A stretch of 64,000 nucleotides of DNA. Origin: Eledone cirrhosa. Its lineage: Eukaryota. The notes below the pieces were generated by a model. The model was not told the origin of the DNA. It saw nothing but the letters and a program-made list of their open reading frames with translations, and did no database searches. Below, one piece after another: positions 42,793 through 64,000 of this stretch. The position numbers and the translations under genes are program-made. Positions within the stretch are counted from its first letter, which is position 1. The number at the start of each line of letters is the position of its first letter. Where the stretch lies: assembly GCA_964016885.1 (NCBI GenBank), contig OZ024741.1, positions 217,186,001 through 217,250,000 of the forward strand, given 5' to 3'.

Positions 42793-45700
42793 CAGGTGGA
42801 GAAGGGTTGACAGAATTGTTAGTGTGTCCGGTGTGTTACAGGTGTTGTGAAACAGGTGGAGGAGGGTTGACAGAATTGTTAGTGTGTTAGGTGTGTTACA
42901 GGTGTTGTGAAGCAGGTGGAGGAGGGTTGACAGAATTGTTAGTGTGTCCGGTGTGTTACAGGTGTTGTGAAGCAGGTGGAGGAGGGTTGACAGAATTGTT
43001 AGTGTGTCAGGTGTGTTACAGGTGTTGTGAAGCAGGTGGAGGAGGGTTGACAGAATTGTTAGTGTGTCCGGTGTATTACAGGTGTTGTGAAGCAGGTGGA
43101 GGAGGGTTGACAGAATTGTTAGTGTGTCAGGTGTGTTACAGGTGTTGTGAAGCAGGTGGAGAAGGGTTGACAGAATTGTTAGTGTGTCAGGTGTGTTACA
43201 GGTGTTGTGAAGCAGGTGGAGAAGGGTTGACAGAATTGTTAGTGTGTCCGGTGTGTTACAGGTGTTGTGAAGCAGGTGGAGAAGGGTTGACAGAATTGTT
43301 AGTGTGTCAGGTGTGTTACAGGTATTGTGAAGCAGGTGGAGGAGGGTTGACAGAATTGTTAGTGTGTCCGGTGTGTTACAGGTGTTGTGAAGCAGGTGGA
43401 GGAGGGTTGACAGAATTGTTAGTGTGTCAGGTGTGTTACAGGTGTTGTGAAGCAGGTGGAGGAGGGTTGACAGAATTGTTAGTGTGTCCGGTGTGTTACA
43501 GGTGTTGTGAAGCAGGTGGAGGAGGGTTGACAGAATTGTTAGTGTGTCAGGTGTGTTACAGGTGTTGTGAAGCAGGTGGAGAAGGGTTGACAGAATTGTT
43601 AGTGTGTCAGGTGTGTTACAGGTGTTGTGAAGCAGGTGGAGGAGGGTTGACAGAATTGTTAGTGTGTCAGGTGTGTTACAGGTGTTGTGAAGCAGGTGGA
43701 GGAGGGTTGACAGAATTGTTAGTGTGTCCGGTGTGTTACAGGTGTTGTGAAGCAGGTGGAGGAGGGTTGACAGAATTGTTAGTGTGTCAGGTGTGTTACA
43801 GGTGTTGTGAAGCAGGTGGAGGAGGGTTGACAGAATTGTTAGTGTGTCCGGTGTGTTACAGGTGTTGTGAAGCAGGTGGAGGAGGGTTGACAGAATTGTT
43901 AGTGTGTCAGGTGTGTTACAGGTGTTGTGAAGCAGGTGGAGAAGGGTTGACAGAATTGTTAGTGTGTCAGGTGTGTTACAGGTGTTGTGAAGCAGGTGGA
44001 GGAGGGTTGACAGAATTGTTAGTGTGTCAGGTGTGTTACAGGTGTTGTGAAGCAGGTGGAGAAGGGTTGACAGAATTGTTAGTGTGTCCGGTGTGTTACA
44101 GGTGTTGTGAAGCAGGTGGAGGAGGGTTGACAGAATTGTTAGTGTGTCAGGTGTGTTACAGGTGTTGTGGAGGAGGGTTGACATAATTGTTAGTGTGTCA
44201 GGTGTGTTACAGGTGTTGTGAAGCAGGTGGAGAAGGGTTGACAGAATTGTTAGTGTGTCAGGTGTGTTCAGGTGTTGTGAAGCAGGTGGAGAAGGGTTGA
44301 CAGAATTGTTAGTGTGTCAGGTGTGTTACAGGTGTTGTGAAGCAGGTGGAGAAGGGTTGACAGAATTGTTAGTGTGTCAGGTGTGTTACAGGTGTTGTGA
44401 AGCAGGTGGAGGAGGGTTGACAGAATTGTTAGTGTGTCAGGTGTGTTACAGGTGTTGTGAAGCAGGTGGAGGAGGGTTGACAGAATTGTTAGTGTGTCAG
44501 GTGTGTTACAGGTGTTGTGAAGCAGGTGGAGGAGGGTTGACAGAATTGTTAGTGTGTCAGGTGTGTTACAGGTGTTGTGAAGCAGGTGGAGGAGGGTTGA
44601 CAGAATTGTTAGTGTGTCAGGTGTGTTACAGGTGTTGTGAAGCAGGTGGAGGAGGGTTGACAGAATTGTTAGTGTGTCAGGTGTGTTACAGGTGTTGTGA
44701 AGTAGGTGGAGGAGGGTTGACAGAATTGTTAGTGTGTCAGGTGTGTTACAGGTGTTGTGAAGCAGGTGGAGGAGGGTTGACAGAATTGTTAGTGTGTCAG
44801 GTGTGTTACAGGTGTTGTGAAGCAGGTGGAGGAGGGTTGACAGAATTGTTAGTGTGTCAGGTGTGTTACAGGTGTTGTGAAGCAGGTGGAGAAGGGTTGA
44901 CAGAATTGTTAGTGTGTCCGGTGTGTTACAGGTGTTGTGAAGCAGGTGGAGAAGGGTTGACAGAATTGTTAGTGTGTCAGGTGTGTTACAGGTGTTGTGG
45001 AGGAGGGTTGACAGAATTGTTAGTGTGTCAGGTGTGTTACAGGTGTTGTGAAGCAGGTGGAGAAGGGGTTGACAGAATTGTTAGTGTGTCAGGTGTGTTA
45101 CAGGTGTTGTGAAGTAGGTGGAGGAGGGTTGACAGAATTGTTAGTGTGTCAGGTGTGTTACAGGTGTTGTGAAGCAGGTGGAGGAGGGTTGACAGAATTG
45201 TTAGTGTGTCAGGTGTGTTACAGGTGTTGTGAAGCAGGTGGAGGAGGGTTGACAGAATTGTTAGTGTGTCAGGTGTGTTACAGGTGTTGTGAAGCAGGTG
45301 GAGAAGGGTTGACAGAATTGTTAGTGTGTCCGGTGTGTTACAGGTGTTGTGAAGCAGGTGGAGAAGGGTTGACAGAATTGTTAGTGTGTCAGGTGTGTTA
45401 CAGGTGTTGTGAAGCAGGTGGAGAAGGGTTGACAGAATTGTTAGTGTGTCAGGTGTGTTACAGGTGGTGTGAAGCAGGTGGAGGAGGGTTGACAGAATTG
45501 TTAGTGTGTCAGGTGTGTTACAGGTGTTGTGAAGCAGGTGGAGAAGGGTTGACAGAATTGTTAGTGTGTCAGGTGTATTACAGGTGTTGTGAAGCAGGTG
45601 GAGAAGGGTTGACAGAATTGTTAGTGTGTCAGGTGTGTTACAGGTGTTGTGAAGCAGGTGGAGAAGGGTTGACAGAATTGTTAGTGTGTCAGGTGTGTTA

Positions 45701-48700
45701 CAGGTGTTGTGAAGCAAGTGGAGAAGGGTTGACAGAATTGTTAGTGTGTCAGGTGTGTTACAGGTGTTGTGAAGCAGGTGGAGAAGGGTTGACAGAATTG
45801 TTAGTGTGTCAGGTGTGTTACAGGTGTTGTGAAGCAGGTGGAGGAGGGTTGACAGAATTGTTAGTGTGTCAGGTGTGTTACAGGTGTTGTGAAGCAGGTG
45901 GAGAAGGGTTGACAGAATTGTTAGTGTGTCAGGTGTGTTACAGGTGTTGTGAAGCAAGTGGAGAAGGGTTGACAGAATTGTTAGTGTGTCAGGTGTGTTA
46001 CAGGTGTTGTGAAGCAGGTGGAGAAGGGTTGACAGAATTGTTAGTGTGTCAGGTGTGTTACAGGTGTTGTGAAGCAGGTGGAGAAGGGTTGACAGAATTG
46101 TTAGTGTGTCAGGTGTGTTACAGGTGTTGTGAAGCAGGTGGAGAAGGGTTGACAGAATTGTTAGTGTGTCAGGTGTGTTACAGGTGTTGTGGAGGAGGGT
46201 TGACAGAATTGTTAGTGTGTCAGGTGTGTTACAGGTGTTGTGAAGCAGGTGGAGAAGGGTTGACAGAATTGTTAGTGTGTCAGGTGTGTTACAGGTGTTG
46301 TGAAGCAGGTGGAGGAGGGTTGACAGAATTGTTAGTGTGTCCGGTGTGTTACAGGTGTTGTGAAGCAGGTGGAGGAGGGTTGACAGAATTGTTAGTGTGT
46401 CAGGTGTGTTACAGGTGTTGTGAAGCAGGTGGAGAAGGGTTGACAGAATTGTTAGTGTGTCAGGTGTGTTACAGGTGTTGTGAAGCAGGTGGAGAAGGGT
46501 TGACAGATTTGTTAGTGTGTCAGGTGTGTTACAGGTGTTGTGAAGCAGGTGGAGGAGGGTTGACAGAATTGTTAGTGTGTCAGGTGTGTTACAGGTGTTG
46601 TGAAGCAGGTGGAGAAGGGTTGACAGAATTGTTAGTGTGTCAGGTGTGTTACAGGTGTTGTGAAGCAGGTGGAGGAGGGTTGACAGAATTGTTAGTGTGT
46701 CAGGTGTGTTACAGGTGTTGTGAAGCAGGTGGAGAAGGGTTGACAGAATTGTTAGTGTGTCAGGTGTGTTACAGGTGTTGTGAAGCAGGTGGAGAAGGGT
46801 TGACAGAATTGTTAGTGTGTCAGGTGTGTTACAGGTGTTGTGAAGCAGGTGGAGAAGGGTTGACAGATTTGTTAGTGTGTCAGGTGTGTTACAGGTGTTG
46901 TGAAGCAGGTGGAGAAGGGTTGACAGAATTGTTAGTGTGTCAGGTGTGTTACAGGTGTTGTGAAGCAGGTGGAGGAGGGTTGACAGAATTGTTAGTGTGT
47001 CAGGTGTGTTACAGGTGTTGTGAAGCAGGTGGAGGAGGGTTGACAGAATTGTTAGTGTGTCAGGTGTGTTACAGGTGTTGTGAAGCAGGTGGAGAAGGGT
47101 TGACAGAATTGTTAGTGTGTCAGGTGTGTTACAGGTGTTGTGAAGCAGGTGGAGGAGGGTTGACAGAATTGTTAGTGTGTCAGGTGTGTTACAGGTGTTG
47201 TGAAGCAGGTGGAGGAGGGTTGACAGAATTGTTAGTGTGTCCGGTGTGTTACAGGTGTTGTGAAGCAGGTGGAGAAGGGTTGACAGAATTGTTAGTGTGT
47301 CCGGTGTGTTACAGGTGTTGTGAAGCAGGTGGAGAAGGGTTGACAGAATTGTTAGTGTGTCAGGTGTGTTACAGGTATTGTGAAGCAGGTGGAGGAGGGT
47401 TGACAGAATTGTTAGTGTGTCCGGTGTGTTACAGGTGTTGTGAAGCAGGTGGAGAAGGGTTGACAGAATTGTTAGTGTGTCAGGTGTGTTACAGGTGTTG
47501 TGAAGCAGGTGGAGAAGGGTTGACAGAATTGTTAGTGTGTCCGGTGTGTTACAGGTGTTGTGAAGCAGGTGGAGAAGGGTTGACAGAATTGTTAGTGTGT
47601 CAGGTGTGTTACAGGTATTGTGAAGCAGGTGGAGGAGGGTTGACAGAATTGTTAGTGTGTCAGGTGTGTTACAGGTGTTGTGAAGCAGGTGGAGAAGGGT
47701 TGACAGAATTGTTAGTGTGTCAGGTGTGTTACAGGTGTTGTGAAGCAGGTGGAGAAGGGTTGACAGAATTGTTAGTGTGTCAGGTGTGTTACAGGTGTTG
47801 TGAAGCAGGTGGAGGAGGGTTGACAGAATTGTTAGTGTGTCCGGTGTGTTACAGGTGTTGTGAAGCAGGTGGAGGAGGGTTGACAGAATTGTTAGTGTGT
47901 CAGGTGTGTTACATGTGTTGTGAAGCAGGTGGAGGAGGGTTGACAGAATTGTTAGTGTGTCCGGTGTGTTACAGGTGTTGTGAAGCAGGTGGAGGAGGGT
48001 TGACAGAATTGTTAGTGTGTCAGGTGTGTTACAGGTGTTGTGAAGCAGGTGGAGAAGGGTTGACAGAATTGTTAGTGTGTCAGGTGTGTTACAGGTGTTG
48101 TGAAGCAGGTGGAGGAGGGTTGACAGAATTGTTAGTGTGTCAGGTGTGTTACAGGTGTTGTGAAGCAGGTGGAGGAGGGTTGACAGAATTGTTAGTGTGT
48201 CAGGTGTGTTACAGGTGTTGTGAAGCAGGTGGAGAAGGGTTGACAGAATTGTTAGTGTGTCAGGTGTGTTACAGGTGGTGTGAAGCAGGTGGAGGAGGGT
48301 TGACAGAATTGTTAGTGTGTCAGGTGTGTTACAGGTGTTGTGAAGCAGGTGGAGAAGGGTTGACAGAATTGTTAGTGTGTCAGGTGTGTTACAGGTGGTG
48401 TGAAGCAGGTGGAGGAGGGTTGACAGAATTGTTAGTGTGTCAGGTGTGTTACAGGTGTTGTGAAGCAGGTGGAGGAGGGTTGACAGAATTGTTAGTGTGT
48501 CAGGTGTGTTACAGGTGGTGTGAAGCAGGTGGAGGAGGGTTGACAGAATTGTTAGTGTGTCCGGTGTGTTACAGGTGTTGTGAAGCAGGTGGAGGAGGGT
48601 TGACAGAATTGTTAGTGTGTCAGGTGTGTTACAGGTGTTGTGAAGCAGGTGGAGAAGGGTTGACAGAATTGTTCGTGTGTCAGGTGTGTTACAGGTGTTG

Positions 48701-50680
48701 TGGAGGAGGGTTGACAGAATTGTTAGTGTGTCAGGTGTGTTACAGGTGTTGTGAAGCAGGTGGAGAAGGGTTGACAGAATTGTTAGTGTGTCAGGTGTGT
48801 TACAGGTGTTGTGAAGCAGGTGGAGAAGGGTTGACAGAATTGTTAGTGTGTCAGGTGTGTTACAGGTGTTGTGAAGCAGGTGGAGAAGGGTTGACAGAAT
48901 TGTTAGTGTGTCAGGTGTGTTACAGGTGTTGTGAAGCAGGTGGAGGAGGGTTGACAGAATTGTTAGTGTGTCAGGTGTGTTACAGGTGTTGTGAAGCAGG
49001 TGGAGAAGGGTTGACAGAATTGTTAGTGTGTCAGGTGTGTTACAGGTGTTGTGAAGCAGGTGGAGAAGGGTTGACAGAATTGTTAGTGTGTCAGGTGTGT
49101 TACAGGTGTTGTGAAGCAGGTGGAGAAGGGTTGACAGAATTGTTAGTGTGTCAGGTGTGTTACAGGTGTTGTGAAGCAGGTGGAGAAGGGTTGACAGAAT
49201 TGTTAGTGTGTCAGGTGTGTTACAGGTATTGTGAAGCAGGTGGAGGAGGGTTGACAGAATTGTTAGTGTGTCAGGTGTGTTACAGGTGTTGTGAAGCAGG
49301 TGGAGAAGGGTTGACAGAATTGTTAGTGTGTCAGGTGTGTTACAGGTGTTGTGAAGCAGGTGGAGAAGGGTTGACAGAATTGTTAGTGTGTCAGGTGTGT
49401 TACAGGTGTTGTGAAGCAGGTGGAGGAGGGTTGACAGAATGGTTAGTGTGTCAGGTGTGTTACAGGTGTTGTGAAGCAGGTGGAGGAGGGTTGACAGAAT
49501 TGTTAGTGTGTCAGGTGTGTTACAGGTGTTGTGAAGCAGGTGGAGAAGGGTTGACAGAATTGTTAGTGTGTCAGGTGTGTTACAGGTATTGTGAAGCAGG
49601 TGGAGGAGGGTTGACAGAATTGTTAGTGTGTCAGGTGTGTTACAGGTGTTGTGAAGCAGGTGGAGAAGGGTTGACAGAATTGTTAGTGTGTCAGGTGTGT
49701 TACAGGTGTTGTGAAGCAGGTGGAGGAGGGTTGACAGAATTGTTAGTGTGTCAGGTGTGTTACAGGTGTTGTGAAGCAGGTGGAGGAGGGTTGACAGAAT
49801 TGTTAGTGTGTCAGGTGTGTTACAGGTGTTGTGAAGCAGGTGGAGAAGGGTTGACAGAATTGTTAGTGTGTCAGGTGTGTTACAGGTGTTGTGAAGCAGG
49901 TGGAGAAGGGTTGACAGAATTGTTAGTGTGTCAGGTGTGTTACAGGTGTTGTGAAGCAGGTGGAGAAGGGTTGACAGAATTGTTAGTGTGTCAGGTGTGT
50001 TACAGGTGTTGTGAAGCAGGTGGAGAAGGGTTGACAGAATTGTTAGTGTGTCAGGTGTGTTACAGGTGTTGTGAAGCAGCTGGAGGAGGGTTGACAGATT
50101 TGTTAGTGTGTCAGGTGTGTTACAGGTGTTGTGAAGCAGGTGGAGAAGGGTTGACAGAATTGTTAGTGTGTCAGGTGTGTTACAGGTGTTGTGAAGCAGG
50201 TGGAGAAGGGTTGACAGAATTGTTAGTGTGTCAGGTGTGTTACAGGTGTTGTGAAGCAGGTGGAGAAGGGTTGACAGAATTGTTAGTGTGTCAGGTGTGT
50301 TACAGGTGTTGTGAAGCAGGTGGAGAAGGGTTGACAGAATTGTTAGTGTGTCAGGTGTGTTACAGGTGTTGTGAAGCAGGTGGAGGAGGGTTGACAGAAT
50401 TGTTAGTGTGTCAGGTGTGTTACAGGTGTTGTGAAGCAGGTGGAGAAGGGTTGACAGAATTGTTAGTGTGTCAGGTGTGTTACAGGTGTTGTGAAGCAGG
50501 TGGAGAAGGGTTGACAGAATTGTTAGTGTGTCAGGTGTGTTACAGGTGGTGTGAAGCAGGTGGAGGAGGGTTGACAGAATTGTTAGTGTGTCAGGTGTGT
50601 TACAGGTGTTGTGAAGCAGGTGGAGAAGGGTTGACAGAATTGTTAGTGTGTCAGGTGTGTTACAAGTGTTGTGAAGCAGC
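42793..50680. repeat. 60-bp minisatellite, ~131 highly homogeneous copies
   Basis: CAGGTGGAG(G/A)AGGGTTGACAGAATTGTTAGTGTGTC(A/C)GGTGTGTTACAGGTGTTGTGAAG. Confidence 0.98.
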
Positions 50681-50699
50681 AGAGAAGATTGATACCTTG

Positions 50700-52775
50700 C
50701 CATTAATGGGTGGCAATTTTGTAGGGAAGGTGAACGTCAACTACATTCACCCCAGTATTAGACTGGTACCTTATTTTGTTGACCCTGGTCAGTTGAATGG
50801 CAAAGCTGACCTCGCCAGGAGTCGGACGCTCTAACAATTTTACCAACCTCACACCTAATAGTAATAATTGTTTCTACTTTTGGCACAAGGCCAGTAATTA
50901 CCCAGTGCATTACTGGTACTTTATTTTATCGACCCCATAAGGATGAAAGGTAAAGTAAACCTCAGATTGTAAAGGGACGTAACTATGTTGGAAAGCATGG
51001 CGTCCAACCCTCTACCGATACTGCCAATTAGTAATAATGGTTTCTGATTTAGGCACAAGGCCAACAATTTTGGGGGAGGGAAAAGTCGATTAAATCAACT
51101 CAGTGTATTACTGATACTATCAACCCTGTAAGGATGAAAGGCAAAGCTAACCTTAGTAGGATTTGAACTCAGACCATAAAGGGCTGTAACTCTATGCTGC
51201 AAAGCATGGTGTCCAACGCTCTACCAATACTGCCAATCCACTGCCTTACACCCAATAGTGATAATAATCGTTTCTACTTTTGGCACAAGGCCAGCAATTA
51301 CCCAGTACATTACTGGTACTTTATTTTATCGACCCCGTAAGGATAAAAAGTAAAGTTAACCTCTGCCAATGCATCATAATAATAATAATGGTTTCTTATA
51401 TTGGCACAAGGCCAGCAATTTTGGGGGAGGGGAAAGTTGATTAAAATCGACCCCAGTACGTGAGTGGTACTTTATTTGTGAAGGCGCATGGCTTACTGGT
51501 TAGAGCTCTGGGCTTGCAATCGAAAGGTTGTGATTTCAATTCTCAGACCGGGTGATGTGTTGTTTCCTTGAGCAAGACACTTTATTTCTCGTTGTTCCAG
51601 TTTACTCAGCTGTAGAAATGAGTTGATAGGACTGAGGTCCCTATCATTAAATTACGCAAGACACTCCAACGAAATATACCTTGTGGGAGGCCAGCTAAAC
51701 CTGCATAGGTGTGAGCTGTAACAACTTTATTTTATTGACCCTGTAAGGATGAAAGGCGAAGTTAACCTTGGCAGGAACTCAGATCAAAGGGCTGTAACTA
51801 TATGCTGCAAAGCATGGTGTCCGACCCTCTACCGATACTGCTAATCCATCTAATTTAAGCACAAGACCAAGTAATTTTGGAAGAGAAAGTCAATTACATC
51901 AATCTCCAATATTTGACTGGTACTGTCAATTTAATGCTGCAAAAACCCCTTCGGTCACGAATAAGCATGGCGTTTGTACCTAGAAAGTTCTCTTCCAAAG
52001 CACAAGCCTAGGCAAGGTGTTTTTATGGAAGACCAGCAGCGCTGATGCGTACCAGTCTCTCTACTCCAAGACACCGATGTTGTCCAAGGGAATGGCCAAT
52101 ATAGCTTGGCATCACAAATCATTTCTATAGTTGAGGGAACTGAAGCAATGTAAAATAAAGTGTCTTGATCAAATACACAATGCATCGCCTGGTCTGGAAA
52201 TTGAACTCACAATCCCAAGATTGTGAATCCAAGTTTCTAATCAATAAGCCACACACCTTCACATCAACAATTTACTAGTCAAATAAATACTAAGCTTGAT
52301 AATAATAGTTTCCGATTTAGGCACAAGGCCAGAAATTTTTTTTTGGGGGGGGGGGGGAGAGAGAGAGAGAAAGTTGATTAAATCGATCCCAATACATTAC
52401 TGATATTTTATTTTATCGACCCTGTAAGGATGAAAATCAAATTTAACCTCGATAGGATTTGAAATCAGAATGCAAAGGGACGTAACTCTGTTGTGTAGCA
52501 TGTCCGACGCTCTACCAATATTGCCAATCCACCGCCCTAATAATAATAATGGTTTCTGATTTAGGCACAAGGCCAGACATTTCTGGGGAGGAGAAAGTCG
52601 ATTAAATTTACCCCAGTGCATTACTGGTACTTTATTTTATCAACTTCGTAAGCATGAAAGGCAAAGCTAACCTCGGCGAGATTTGAACTCAGAACATAAA
52701 GGGCCATAACTATATGGTGTAAATAATGGTATCTGATGCTCTACCGAGTCTGCCAAAACACCGCCCTATTAATAA
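50700..52775 (-). mobile_element. Pile of ~8 S1 SINEs (all minus strand) with two nested or adjacent S2 SINEs
   Basis: Repeated GGCACAAGGCCAG..CTGGTACTTTATTTTATCGACCC..GGATGAAAGGCAAAG units. Confidence 0.8.
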
Positions 52776-53394
52776 TAATGATCAACCAAACACATTTGAA
52801 ATAATTTTTTTTAAAAACTTATTTTATTAAAAAAAGTAAAATGGACAAAAGTAAAAAAAACAAAAACAAAAAAACAAAAAAAAAAAAAGACAAAAGATAA
52901 ATATAAAAATAGAAATCCCCATTCAACGAATCTAGAAATTTCCATCGTTCTGTCTAAGACATTGAGGAATAGCTGTAGTTGTATGATAAATCTATTAACC
53001 TCACATCAGTTCATTGGAAATTCTCAAATTAGTTAAACATTTACAGATTTACAAACATGGGATTATTGGAAAATATGGTTTAAATGGTGGATGTTAGGTG
53101 TTCTGTGTTTACATGACATTTTTACCTGTGTTTGGGTTTGTTGAACCTCGTTTTGTGGCATTTTCAACTGTTTTTGTTAGACCTTGTTTTGAGTGTGTTT
53201 TAGTCTTTATTTTGTGGAGCTTTTACCTGTGTGTGTTGGTAATAAATGCTCTTTGTATGTGATGTTTGCTATTGCTTTGTGGTACTTTTTACCTGTGTGT
53301 TTGTTAGCTCTTGTCAGCCAATTTTGTGATACCTTCATTTAGTCTGACATTCTACCTCTAATGTGTGTCAATCTAAAAAAAAAAAAATGTTTCT

Positions 53395-63949
<10,555 letters not shown>

Positions 63950-64000
63950 TCTGCTGGAGAAAAATAAAAACAAATATAACATATATCACTGAGGGTTATA

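Noticed and set aside
42781-50834. Giant ORFs (1888 and 1928 aa, Cys-rich or His/Thr-rich) on both strands
   Set aside because: They result from a stop-free 60-bp unit. They are open on both strands, broken by 1-nt indels at ~44267 and ~45066, and have no unique flanking domains.

Overview
Eukaryotic (animal) DNA, very AT-rich and repeat-dense; the SINE/RTE/(TA)n repertoire suggests an octopus or other cephalopod (inferred, not proven). Two host genes are supported. One is a cathepsin L-type protease on the minus strand with a complete CDS in 7 coding exons (63949->53395, 337 aa, all phases and GT/AG sites check out, catalytic Q/C/H/N intact, unusual CGSCYAF motif). The other is a plus-strand terminal exon (41367-42098) encoding a divergent ZNF474-like C2HC finger protein. 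The rest is mobile or repetitive DNA: an internally deleted Helitron (<1-3655), three copies of one RTE LINE family, two Penelope-like elements (PLEs), CR1/CRE/RTE fragments, two SINE families, TTAA-type MITEs, multi-kb (TA)n arrays, a 200-N gap and 25-, 36-, 38-, 41- and 60-bp minisatellites. Main discoveries: (1) four histone-mRNA 3' stem-loop-like motifs sit in sense orientation behind the Helitron ORF stop codon, with no AATAAA; (2) about six unrelated families of minimal hammerhead ribozymes occur, including two non-coding 320-460 bp units arranged tandem plus head-to-head inside (TA)n arrays (retrozyme/mini-PLE-like). Repeat boundaries are approximate and no database searches were run.
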